DNA of 64,000 bases from Octopus sinensis (GCF_006345805.1 NC_042998.1:90210001-90274000), one strand, 5' to 3'. Positions 27,618-41,151 are shown, counted from the first letter of the stretch. The notes: generated by a model not told the origin, from the sequence alone. Made by a program: numbers and translations.

Positions 27618-29450
27618 CGTATGATTGATTTTGTGTAAGTTAGAAAATAGCTAAAAGGAAAAACAGAAAACAATCACGTAATGCTACTTAGTGTTCAATG
27701 CTACATCCGTTGCACATACTCTAAATAAAAGATAGGATATTCATGACTGAATCCTTTTTGATTATAGAACTACTGAGTCAGTGCTGACGAAGAACCAAAC
27801 AACATCAGGAACCACAATTTTAAACAATGATAATAGCAAGAGAAACGAAAGCACGAACCAAATATTTAGATTAGGTTGATTACCACAGTGTAGACAATTA
27901 ATCATTCATAATTTATCTCGAATTAAAATCAATGTAGCCTCCTTTCTGATATCTTTACTTTTGTTAATTGTATGAATCGTCAACAAACGGAACATCAAAT
28001 TACTTCTTTGCCTTTTTGATATGTATTTGTAAAAAGATTTTTTTCCAAAAATCTAAATTTGAATGTTTATTTTATCTCGAGTACATCAGTAAATTTTCTT
28101 CGCTTTCTTTGTAGTCCTTAAAATGTTTATTTGAACCATTTCATTTATATCATTACAGATTACAATATTTACATAAACAAAGAGACTACACATAGAGTAG
28201 ATTTAAATAATTATGCATCAGATACAAAAATACATCAAGCATCAGTATCTGATGAATAATTAGTAAACAGTTGCATAAACGATGTGTGTTTCTATACTCA
28301 TTAAGGGTGACATGCGAAAACAGAAAATTTACAAACTTATTGATTTAAAATTGATAATAACAATCCGTACATTATGCCAGAATGACTAGGTAATGAATGA
28401 TACGAAAATTGCGTCTAGCCGCTACGGAAATATTACTTCACAAAGATAACTTAATGTTAGGCAAGCCGACATGTGAGCTGCCATGCAAACGCTCAGCCAG
28501 CTAGAAATAGCACCTAAATGTGCCTCAAATAACAACGCCTTCAAAAATGGAATTGCACAAACGAAAATTTAGTCCCTGATATACCAAATTGCAGGATGGT
28601 TACGGTTGGAACGCGTTTGGTTGTAAGTTTATTAGGTCAAAGACAGTAATAGAAGCAACAACAGCAGCTCTCTAAGGTACAGATGACATGAAAGCATAAA
28701 ACGCTTGTGTTGCTACCAGAGCATCACTGAGGAGTGGAACTGATATTTAGAAAGGTCTCCGACCTCTGAGAATCAGTAAGAAGGTCCGGGAGATACTTCC
28801 AGCCCAACTTCGTGCGACAAAGAAACTTAAAGATAAATGGCAATCTGGCTGAAAAGAAATCGGTGATAACACTAAAGGTCATTAACCAATACAAATCGAT
28901 AACTGGAGAAGTAAAACTATTCCTATTTTGATAGAGGTACATACTTATTGAATTCGATTTTAACTTATGGAACTTAGAAGGTATAAAAATCGGTGACAGT
29001 CGATATACAATCTAGACGGGAAAAGTTAATGAAAATTCCATGTTCGGAAATTGGAGAACACAAAAGAAATTGATAGAATAGATTTTGTACCAAAACTTTT
29101 TTACCTTTATACATAGCGAGTTTTGAGTAAGAGTGGTGTTGCAAAAGAAGCGTTTAATTATTTGTACAAATATTCAGTGGTAATTGATTATGTAAATATA
29201 TAAATGAATAATCTCAGTGATTTATCATATCAAATTTTGGAATTGTGCAATACAAAACAAATCATTTCGAATTATGTTTTGTAGCGTTACACGGTATAGA
29301 TAGATCTTAGAAATTTTTAAAATTATGTTTTATAATTATTTCATTAATTATGATTTATTGAATTCAATGAATCACTGGGTGAGATACTCTTTAAATTACG
29401 ATTTCAAGCATTTGCCTCGAAATATCCGAGTTAGATTAGGTTGATTACCA

Positions 29451-29738
29451 CAGATAGCCTGAGGTTCAAATAAAAACATATAAAACAACTATTCAACAAC
29501 AGTAAAACTTCTGCGTATAAACTAATTCTTTCTGGCACGTTTAGTCAATCTTTTTTAGGTTTCATTTGTTTCATTTCGTCTAAACGTGCATGTCTACGCG
29601 TTTATAAGTCTACTGAATACATTTCATGAGTGTTACTTGCCGAATACAAGACTATCAGATAGCCTGAGGTTCAAATAAAAACATATAGAACAACTATTCA
29701 ACAACAGTAAAACTTCTGCGTATAAACTAATTCTTTCT
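29451..29738 (+). repeat. 83-bp direct repeat (29451-29533 and 29656-29738)
   Basis: One mismatch seen. Confidence 0.85.
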
Positions 29739-30519
29739 TCAAGTGTCATCGACTACAAACAAGTATTGGGTGTGGTACAATATCGTTTACTAGGTAAGAA
29801 CTTTAGGTGAAGACGATATGGTTATATGCAGGTTCAACCTTAAATCAATATGCCTTTACTGAGAAACATATAGTTGCAAATACTAACCACGGCTGTAATT
29901 TAGATTAAGTCAATTCGAATGTATAAATCTAACTCTAGCTTCACTTCTTTGATCATAGGTTTGCTCCGCCAGAGATGATCTGGCTAAACAACAGACACAG
30001 CTGCTACAGCGAATGCAACAACCAGTTAATTTGTGGTTTTTATGCCTGAAGACGGTGAATATGAAAGCGTATAGAATCACTGACCAAACCGTAACCTCTA
30101 ATTTAACCAAATTAAAGATTCTATTTCAATTCAATAAAAACTCTTTCATTTCACTAGCATCAATATTTTTCTTTCTGTCTAGATCCTACAAGCTCGGTAG
30201 TCTGGGACTTCACCCGGTTTCTGAGGCATATAAAAGTTTCAGAATACATAAGTCTTTCCTGAATGGGATACCGGTACTCAGCAAGGTTAGATCTCAGCAA
30301 CTTCTGGTACAAATATCAACTGAATAGGTTGGAACAGCGTCAAATGAAGTTCACTAGAACAAAACACACCAACTGGTCCCGAAATCGAACGCACGCCTTT
30401 GCGATCCTGAGCCCAATACCCTACACCCTCACCTCTTGGATGCGCGCACCATTAATACATGTTGAGAAAAGCATGATTTACCTTCTCATCAGTGAACACT
30501 AACAAGCAATGTAATAATA

Positions 30520-31130
30520 GTTTGAAATTTTGCCACAAGGCCAGCAATTTTAAGGGAAGGGGATTAGTTGACTACCTCGACTCCAATACTTGTCTAGTAC
30601 TTTATTTTATCAATTCCGAAAAGAAGAAATGCAAAGTTTACCTCGGCAGCCTTTGAATACAGAACGTAAGAGCCGAAAGAAATGCCGCTAAGCATTTAGT
30701 CTGGCACGTTAACGATTCCACCTGCTCGTCACTTTACTAGGGAATATAATGATAGCTATTTCAGACTTTGGCACGATGCCAACATTTTTGTGTAGAGGGG
30801 ACAAGTTAATTATATCGAGCCCAGTACTTGACTGGTACGTTATTTTATCAACCCCGAAAGGTCGAAAGTGAAAGTAGACCCCGGCGGGATTTGATTTAAA
30901 GACCCGAAAGAAATACCTTCTCAATATTTTGGCCAACGCTCTAACGATTCTGCTAGTTCACCGTCTTACAAGCAATGTAATTATCGTTTCTACTATTTGG
31001 GGGAAGGAACTAGTCGATGAAATCGACACTAGTACACAACTGGTATCTACTTTATCGACCCCGAAAGGATGCAAAGCAATTTGAACTCAGAACGTGAAGA
31101 CGAATGGAATGCTGCTCAGCATTTTGCCTG
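30520..31130 (-). mobile_element. Cluster of three diverged SINE family 2 copies
   Basis: Three successive ACTGGTAC-TT-ATTTTATC-ACCCCGAAAG-like blocks in the same orientation. Confidence 0.7.
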
Positions 31131-31712
31131 ATGTATGCATATATATCGCTCCTGCTAAGCCAGTTTAGCCTCTTTCATCTTACCTTGATGTACGACTTTT
31201 CATTTACTAAAGGTTCTCTAAGGCTTTTGTAATACTATTGTATTACGATAGCATAGATTTTCATGTACTTCTCATACTGACTTACTTGAAGACACTATTC
31301 TACTGCATGGGCTTTAGATATTATGTTCTGTGCTTAGCGGGGTCCCACGACTTCATTGAAGTACGTATATATATAAAGAAACTGCTGGATCATTGAGAAA
31401 TTTGCTTTACGTCATAACTGTGGGAGGTCAAAAAGGTGGCACGAGCTGAACAGTGCAGAAAACAAGCCCGACAAGAGTCGGGGGTCGCACAAGGTGCAGA
31501 GTTTCGTTGCCTGAATGACACACAATCCATGCAAGTAAACAATGATTTGATCAAAACAGAAATATGAAGAAGTCTATACTATGAAACTAAGCCGACTTTA
31601 CAAGTAAATAAATATATAATTTCGGTGTTTAATCATATCAAATGTTGAAATTCGACTTTTAAGAGTTTCTAGCAATAACACACAACGCATTTATATACAC
31701 ATTCACACATTC

Positions 31713-31793
<81 letters not shown>

Positions 31794-31826
31794 TATGCAT
31801 GCTTCATGTATGAAAGTATGTATGCA

Positions 31827-31878
<52 letters not shown>

Positions 31879-32734
31879 CGCGTGTGTGTGTGCGTGAGAG
31901 AGTGAGAAAGAGACAGACAGACAGACAGACAGACAGAGACAGAGAGAGCCTTGCGTTTATTCATGCGTAAGGTAAACCGAACTTTACATTTCCGAACCAC
32001 GATTTCGTCCACTCAGCTTCTTGGTAAACTGTACAAATCCGTAGAATATAATAACATATGAATAAATATACACACTTCAGACTCTACACAGATCGAACAC
32101 AAGATTGAACTGAGCACTTATATGTCTTTCTATCTCGACATAAATAAAAAATAAACATAAGAATGTCTGTGTGTGTCTTTTAACTAATGAAATCACTCGC
32201 TCTAATTCACTTCAAAACATATACAGTCACACACACTCACATATACACAGAAACACACACACACGCACGTGCATGCGTGCATGCATGCATGCATGCATGC
32301 ATACATGCATGCATACATACATACATACATACATACATACATACATACATACATACATACATACATACATACATACATGCACACATACATTTCCCATACA
32401 AACACATCGCCAGCAACAATTTCATCATAGATTTGCATATTTACTCACTTCAGCGAATAGAAAGTTTTCTAGAGCAGTATAACAAAGTAATAAAGAATAT
32501 GTCACAGTTTATAACTAAACAAGCTGAATTAATCGTCGTCGCAGTTGATGTTGTCCTTTGGTCCCATATCAGCAATGATCGAGAAAACCTCACACACGGA
32601 CAGAATCCACTAACATACAGGTACAAGAAGACTATTTATTTGCCGACTTATGATTATAGAAAGCACAATTACAAACGATAATTTGTCATTGATAATATAA
32701 CGTGCTCATCGATTTTTATATCACAGGTATCTTC

Positions 32735-32830
32735 GGCTTAGTTCAGAACGCCTGGTCTATTCGTCACTGAGGAGACAAGATCAGGTCGAAACACCATGTC
32801 TGGTTATTCACTGGCATTTTGAACGAAGCC
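32735..32830 (+). ncRNA. Candidate type I hammerhead ribozyme with extended stem I
   Basis: Core CTGAGGA (32767-32773), stem II GAC/GTC, GAAA, stem III ACA/TGT, GUC triplet at 32798-32800. The outer stem 32735-32752 pairs with 32813-32830 at 16/18 positions. Confidence 0.7.
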
Positions 32831-33609
32831 ATGTGTTTTTAACACACAAGTCTCATTGAGATATTTCAAACTATTACAGTTTTTGCCGGTCTACGTTTCT
32901 AAATACATTATACACGTATACACACTGATATTATATTTACATACACACACAGACATATAACTCGGTTTGTGAAGTTGACTATAAAACGTTATTATTTTAA
33001 CATGTTTCATAAACTACACTTCTAATATGTACGAAATAATTCAAACGGCCTGCCTAAAATGATCAAATACAGTTCAATCAAGGTTTCAAGCACAAAATTT
33101 TGTGTGTTTGAATTCTCCTGATGTAAAGCTCCACCCGAAGTCAATAAAATAAATACCAATTCGAATATTAGGTCTAATTTACTCGATCTTCTTCTCCAAA
33201 ATGTATGGCCTTAGTTTAATGATAGTAGTCTCTATTGAATATATGGGAAGATTGTAAGGTATTAAGTTGACCTATTTTACTAAGGATATATTATTTGCTT
33301 GAAAGAAATCATAAAAGATATGATTGTGATTATTTCCTTTCTTAAACATAGCTAAGATCTTCCACCCTGTGGAAGTTACAAAAACAGTTTAACAATAAAG
33401 ATATTTAACAGTCCTTCATCTGTACTCATTTTTACATCCGCATTTTTTTATTACATTTTCTTTCTTTTTTGTGTGTGTTTCTTATACATATGTAAGGGGT
33501 GTTATATGCCATTCTCATTCTGTCGTGGTTTACCAGCTTCACTCTGACTACTCGAACTCTAAGAACTCGAATAAATAAATAAATAAACGAACAAATAAAT
33601 AAACAAATA

Positions 33610-33768
33610 AGCGTAGGAGTGGTTGTGTGATAAGTAGCTTGCTTACCAACCACATGGTTGCGGGTTCAGTCCCACTGCATGGCACCTTGGGTAAGTGTCT
33701 TCTACTATAGCTTCGGGCCGACCAAAGCCTTGTGAGAGGATGGTAGACGGAAACTGAAAGAAGCTCGT

Positions 33769-33836
<68 letters not shown>

Positions 33837-33874
33837 CATACATACATACATACATACATACATACATACATACA

Positions 33875-33907
<33 letters not shown>

Positions 33908-34168
33908 CTGTGTGTCTGTGTGTGTCTGTGTGTGTCTGTGTGTGTATATGATTGTGTGTCTGTGTTTATCCTCCCAGCATCGCTTGACAACCGATGCTGG
34001 TGTGTTTAAGTCCCCGTAACTTAACGGTTCAGCAAAAGGGATCCGATAGAATAAGTACTAGGCTTACAAAGAATAAGTCCTGGGGTCGATTTACTCGACT
34101 AAAGGCGGTACTCCTGCATGGCCACAGTCAAATGACTGAAACAAGTAAAGGAGTAAGAGGAAAGAGTA
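33610..34168 (+). mobile_element. SINE family 1 with expanded internal compound microsatellite
   Basis: Head and tail flank (TA)n(TACA)n(TG)n. Confidence 0.9.
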
Positions 34169-34820
34169 AATAATTAAATAAATAATTAAATAAATGAATA
34201 GATAAATAGATAAATAAATAAATAATACCAGCTGACCGTGTTTATCTTAATTTAATAGCAAAATTTAGCTGCAGTGTTTTAAAGAAGGCAATACAGGGTA
34301 AGTAACTCTTAACATGGTTACAGAATTATTTCCCTTTCAAAGTAGACTCATTAAGTATAAATTTAATTAATAGTATTGTTGACGCGTCGGATAAAATGTT
34401 GAGTTCAACTTAGTCTTTCTTTCTTTCTAGTTCGATAAAGGAAAATACCAGTTAAGAACCGAGATCGATGTAATCGGCGTGCCCCTTCCCCTTGCACCAA
34501 AATTAGAAAGAATTATATATGTTAGTCGTTTTATGTAATGATATTCTTAGTGTGCACTTTCTCAAACTGATCGCATAGAATTAATCAAGAAAGGATATTA
34601 TATTAATAAATCTTTGCTATTTTTCAAACCATATATTTTTGGTTAATAGAAATTTATAAATATGTGTGAGCTAAAAGAGGAATTCCTTCATAGCCACTCG
34701 ATTGACTAGCATCGAAATTTATGTCAAGCCATATTGTAACATCTTAAAAAGGGGAAGACTTCTTGTCATTACAGATACATACAAACGCATTCAAACCTTG
34801 ACCATTGTGTTTGTATTGCA

Positions 34821-35097
34821 CATACATACATACATACATACATACATACATACATACATACATACATACATACATAAATAAACTGGTCGTTTTCTCAAAA
34901 AGAGAAATTGGCCCCCTGATTCGTACATTACAAGTCCAATCTGTGAGTGGAACGGTTAAAATATGCAAGACTTTTCTCAAGTTCCAATAGTGAATTTGTT
35001 AACTGCATCCCATGGAGCCTTGTATCATTGAAATTGGCTCCCTCGTCAGTGGAAGATTTGTAGCAATTAAAAAATCGAAGAGACGTACATACATACA

Positions 35098-35129
<32 letters not shown>

Positions 35130-36580
35130 CATACATACATACATACATACATACATACATGCATACAGACATACATACATACATAAACTGTGCACAGTTG
35201 TGGAAATTAACTGCCCATCGAATGTTAACATGAAGCTGAAGATCAGTGAAAAAGAGAACACCTATACTGAACTATTGAGAAATCTGCAGTTACTACTCTA
35301 TCCAGATTGCATGTTATTGGAGGCCTAAATAGCAATCATGAGAAATTAGGCGTCTCAAAACCAGAAAGGAGAAAGCTAATTCGAAGACTACACGTCAAAT
35401 CCATCATTAGAACTATAAAAATCTGTAAAACTTTTCAGAAGTTTATCATTTAAATATATATAAGCATGTCTAGATATGCAAATATATGCATGAGAATACA
35501 TATATATAACATACAAATCTGCACATACATACATACATACATACATACATACATACATACATACATACATACATACATACATACATACATACATACATAC
35601 ATGCATACATACATACATGCATGCATGCATGCATACATGCATACATGCATGCATGCATGCATACATACATACATACATACATACATACATACATACATAC
35701 ATACATACATACATACATACATACATACATACATACATAATTATTTGGGATAGAGAAGAGAAATTGTGCACAGTTGTGGAAATTAGCAGCCCAGTGGACG
35801 TTAACATAAAGCTAAAGATCAGTGAAAAAGAGAACACCTATGCTGAACTATTGAGAAATCTGCAGTTACTCTATCCAGATTACAAGTTCAGGTTTATACC
35901 TGTAATTAATACCTAAATATCAATCTCGAGAAATTAGGCTTCACAAGACTACACATCCAATCCATCACTGGAACAGTAAAATCTGTAAAACTTTCCAGAA
36001 GTTTATCATTTGAATATATATGAGCATGTCTAGATATGCAACTATATGCATGAGAATACATACATAATGCATGCAAATCTGCACATACATACAAACATAC
36101 ATACATACATACAAACATACATAAATACATACATACATACATACATACATACATACTACATACATACATACATACATACATACATACAAAAATATCCTGT
36201 TGTTGATATTGACATTCCAATGAAGGAGCTTAGATCTAGGTTAGAAACCGATTCTTTCTCTATTGGCAAGAAATCTTGAAATAAACTGAATATTGAAATA
36301 CATACATACAAACATACATACGGACATACATACATACATACATACATACATACATACATACATACATACATACATACATACATACATACATACATACATA
36401 CATACATACATACATACATACATACATACATACATACATACAAGAAAAAGTATATACCGTCAAAGAGGTCAGCTGTCTAGCAGATCTGAATAGCTCTATA
36501 AAAATCAAAAACAAAAAGGGTAACTATCGACAACTACTTCGAAACCTCCAGTTTCTATATCCAGGTCACAAATTTACATC
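34821..36580 (+). mobile_element. Array of short R4/Dong-like (restriction-like endonuclease) non-LTR retroelement 3' ends interleaved with (TACA)n
   Basis: Inserts A 34877-35085 (..LQVQSVSGTVKICKTFLKFQ*), B 35186-35523, C 35740-36083 (IIWDREEKLCTVVEISSPVDVNIKLKISEKENTYAELLRNLQLLYPDYKF), D 36189-36298 (unassigned) and E from 36443 (EKVYTVKEVSCLADLN..NYRQLLRNLQFLYP). A, B, C and E read on the + strand; each insert is preceded by TACA repeats and A-D are also followed by them. Confidence 0.85.
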
Positions 36581-36779
36581 GTGGAATTTTTCACTGAAAG
36601 TTTCACCAGCCATAGCATGCAACACATAAAAGAGATATTAAATAAGTACCTGGGGGAAACGCTTTGCACAGAGTCAATGCCATTCTCTAAACAATGCATA
36701 CATTTGCGTTAAAGGAAGAAGTAATCATCATTGCATGCAAACTTGATCGCAGGTGTTACATCAAAGTTTTCTTTCTCCT

Positions 36780-37300
36780 AAAAAGATGGCTAAACAAAAA
36801 CAAGCTCTCACTTTCCCAACTGTTGGATGACCGTTGTTGGTCTTTGGTGAGTGTACATCTGAACACTCAGTATGCATCTTCGTTCAACTAAAACATCTAA
36901 ATGGGGAGATTAGGTGAAAATCTGCGTATATCGCCCGTTACTGGATTTCCTTGGTAGTGCTTGAGTGTGTTTCTCCCCCATAACTTCTATCCGCTTCCAA
37001 CAGTCAGAAACCCAACGAGAGCAGTTAGTATCAATGCCTTCCACTTTTGAAGGTTTGATGTTACTCGCCAAAATGGTCTTCAGCTGATCTTTGAAATTCC
37101 AGCCAAGCTTCGACCGTGGTGTAGTAGGCCGTAGGAGATCCTATAGGTATGATGTGAATCAGATTTGTGCACAACGTACAGATCCATTTCCTTTGGTGTC
37201 TATACAGCGTAAATTCGATGCTGTTCGTGTTGGTTCGACAGAGGATTTCTGTGAAGGTAATTTTATCCTGTCAGGAGACGGAATGGATCTTCTGAAAATT
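36780..37300 (-). mobile_element. Degenerate RTE-clade LINE 3' fragment
   Basis: Minus-strand translation FKDQLKTILASNIKPSKVEGIDTNCSRW resembles the RTE post-RT region; many stops. Confidence 0.55.
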
Positions 37301-38725
37301 TAGAATATGTTAAGCAATGAATATGAATATCTTAACTTACACCTATTCAAGAATAGCCAACATTTTGGACGGTGGATTTGATTACAGGCAAATTTCAGTT
37401 CTAAATGCTTCCGCAAGAACTCCAAACACTTAGCGATTACAATTATAAACTTCGTAACTGGCACATATCACAGTATTTCTCATCTATACTTTGAGAGAGA
37501 CGTGCCCAACCAAACCGCTCTTATCATAACGAGACACTATAATGAAGTGACTTTAGTAGAAAACTAATGTACAAGGAACAGTTTCCACACATATTATGAC
37601 TAAGAAGATGAAAATGATTTGGATCAACCCACTCCACAATGTATATGTAACATCGTTATGCCACCAACCTTACTGTACCCATAAAGAAGTCATTCGCCAA
37701 CCAGAAACAACAACCACAAACACCCCGAGCACAATAACATGAAAGTGAATCATTGTTACCTAGCCAGCATTGCATACTTACATGATCGTACACATCTAAG
37801 GTGGTGAAGTTATTTTATTAAATTCTTTATTTTCAGAATGAATAGAAACAAAGGTAATATATGTTAATAGAAATATAGTACTAAAAGGGTTGAATTCAAA
37901 TGCGTCATACCATTGTACTCATTTGTCTTGTTGATCTTGCATCAAGAATAGACGTTGGTTTTAATCATGAATAGTATTATGGTCTATCCTACGTTAAGTT
38001 CATAATACAAAGGCTTCCACTACCTCTTCTATCACCACGAGTATTTCATTCATGTTTTCATTTATGTACGATCTATAAATTGAAAATATATTGGCTTATC
38101 TATTTAGTTGTTTTGCTTCAGCAGCAGCAACTATTAGGTTAGTTAAATAGTACTGAATAAATAATCCAAATTTGGAAGGAATAAGAGTTACTCGAAAGGG
38201 AAGTAAAGACTATAAGTAATTCTATTAATCATCAGTTTGCCGTCTACCTATTTACTTCTCAAATTGTATTTACCGTCTACTTCTCAAAAATGTGTTGACA
38301 TTTTACATGCTCGCTACTTATAGCTTTAAATTGGTCTGCAGTTTCAGGCAATATAACAATGAAATATGTTGTCATAAATTGTGCTGACCGAGTCAAACTC
38401 CCCATTCTCAAAACTGTAACACGTTCTCATTTGTAGGATATTATATAAGGCAGCGAGCAGGAAGAATCATTAGCACGCTGAGCAAAATGCTTGGCGGCAT
38501 TTCGTTTGTCTTTACATTCTGAGTTCAAATCCGCCGAGGTCGACTTTGCCGTCTTTCCTTTTAAGGTCGATAAGATAAGTACCAGTTGAGCACTGGAGTC
38601 GACATAATCGACTAAACTTTCCCCAAAATTGCTGGCCCTGTACCAAAATTTGAAAGCAATATGAAGAAGATAGACAGACAGACAGAGAGACAGACAGTTA
38701 GATAGATAGATAGATAGATAGATAG

Positions 38726-38790
<65 letters not shown>

Positions 38791-40149
38791 TCCTTTAAGT
38801 TTGTTTACGGGACATGTTTTGAATATGCATAATAAAAGCATATTGAAGACGTATTGTGATCTCTCAGTCTGAGAACCACTTTTCTAGAATGCGTTCTCAT
38901 TGCCTTTTCTAGGCCCATGGTAGGATCTGAACACAACACTGCAAGCTATCAACTTAGCTATCACGTCCACACCAAACTGCGGTAGCTAATGAGGGCTAAG
39001 TGAGTTCACTGTTTAACAGCTGAGTATGTTGGCAATAGATGTAATGTATTACTGGTGACAGGATACAAACCACTGAATCATTGTCTATTTATCCAGTACA
39101 CTAACAAATTGATCATCTTCACTTTCATGAGTTCATAGACGAATAGAAACTATATTTAAGTTTATGTACCTCTAACACTAAGACCAAATTCAAGTCACTT
39201 CACTCGCGGCTCGCTGCCTTGAGAAAGGCATGAACGTTACTGCCTCATTCGTTTTCACTTATAACTATGTTTCTTATTTTTTTTAAAATTAACTTTTGGA
39301 CTTCTGAAAGGCCATACCTTTCGAAATCAAATTCAGAACTCTCAAATTTTTAATCACTCAAATATTATTCAATGCTGGCCGGTTCTTTACTATTGGTAAA
39401 AGACTTATAGACGACATTGTAGACTTAAGCCAACACTGTGGGTAGTAGTATTACCCGGGTTGTCATTAGCGAACTCTAGCCTACCTCAAGCATTCAGCGG
39501 TATAACAAATTTTTCCGGTTCGGCCTGCCAGTTTCGGAAGTTCCTAAAAATGGCTACGGGTGTCGCCATTCCTCTTCTGATTAAAAAAGACTCTGTTACA
39601 AAACATTTGAGAAGGACAACGTTCAACCGCTTACGAAACCTGCCGATGGATCCTAACATCTAACACCTTTACCATACATTATCAGTTGCATTAGCCGTTG
39701 CATGTTTTGTTATAGATACTCTTGCTTTAGATGCTCTGTTACTTCATCCTTCATTGTTGTTGTTGTTACTATTTCTGTTTCTATCATGTTTTAATTGCTT
39801 TTTGCCAACGTTCTATTATTTTGTGGCTGTTTCTTCTGCTTTCGCTGTCTCCTTCTCATTGTTGCACAATAACACTTTTTCCGGTATCACCTTCTTCCTT
39901 TATTTGAAATGTTTATTGCCTCAAAGTTAAATTATATTGAATACCGCAGCCCCTACTTCTAAAGTGTCAAAACGAAAGTCTAGTTTGCTCAGAATACTTA
40001 CTTAGTAAACAAAACACTGATCGCACCTTTCTGGAAAACTTTCTTTCAACACAGCTTTCTTTTCCTCTCTTCAAAGTCAACAATTCTCGTTCTTTCTATA
40101 GTTCTGCCTTTCTCTTACTGCCATGACCCCTGCTGCCTTTCAACATTAA

Positions 40150-40330
<181 letters not shown>

Positions 40331-40526
40331 CTTCCTTATTATGTCTTCTTTTCTTCGCTTTGTTACTCTCTATCTGCTGTTACTTGCGTGCAACTTTTTT
40401 CTTTGTTCATGCTTCCTCTGTTTCTTTTTCGTGGTGTAAACACATTTAGACAAATATCCTGACATTGCTATACATGCTGCAAACACATGTATAAAAATAT
40501 ATGCATACATAGACAGACACAAATAT

Positions 40527-40564
<38 letters not shown>

Positions 40565-41072
40565 TCACTCACTCACTCATTCACACATAAACGCACATAT
40601 CCGCATAGGTGCACTGACCACAGAACCTCAAACATTTCACTGTTTTACTTTAAAAGACTCTCCTTTCACACAACTATTCGGTAACAAAAGCGGGAGAATT
40701 AATCATCTTAAGCGAACTGCATTGTTTCACAGCCACTCTGGTGTTATGACATCGACAGATCTTACATGTGATGACTCTTAAATCTGCAATATAGACACAA
40801 GGGGATATAACAAAGACATCAGTAACGAAATCCTTAAAACATTTTAAATACTCCCCACATCATTAGTGTGATCACTATTAAATGTCAAATCGTCAAAAAC
40901 AACTTGTATGTCTACATATATACATATATCCAGTGATCTATCTCGTAATATCTAGTAATAACTGGTAGGGACAACTAGACTTAATTTCCCTTTTTATAGT
41001 ATCACCTAACAGACAAGTAATCTGAATATCCGGTCTAGGCCACGTTTACGTCAGAAAAATAAATATAGTAAC

Positions 41073-41151
41073 ATGGACTTAACGGATTATCATCAACGTC
41101 CACTCTCAGTTTCTATATTGATGCTTACATTCAGTTTTGTTTTACCTTCAG
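41073..41151 (+). CDS. Ly6/uPAR (quiver/sleepless-like) GPI-anchored protein, coding exon 1 (signal peptide)
   Basis: ATG at 41073 (AACATGG). Reads MDLTDYHQRPLSVSILMLTFSFVLPS+G and ends at donor G|GTAAG (41152), phase 1. A strong acceptor TTTCCCTTTTTATAG ends at 40999 and an in-frame TAA lies at 41007-41009, so 41000-41072 is probably 5' UTR and an upstream non-coding exon is likely. Confidence 0.8.

Noticed and set aside
29950-30330. Possible exons with acceptor-like sites
   Set aside because: No phase-consistent splicing gave an open, recognisable protein.
35000-35050. Minus-strand CTGACGA plus a 6-bp stem as a hammerhead
   Set aside because: No GAAA follows stem II.
34821-36580. CRISPR-like repeat/spacer appearance
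   Set aside because: The repeats are variable-length microsatellites, the spacers are 110-340 bp retroelement pieces, there are no cas genes, and the context is eukaryotic.
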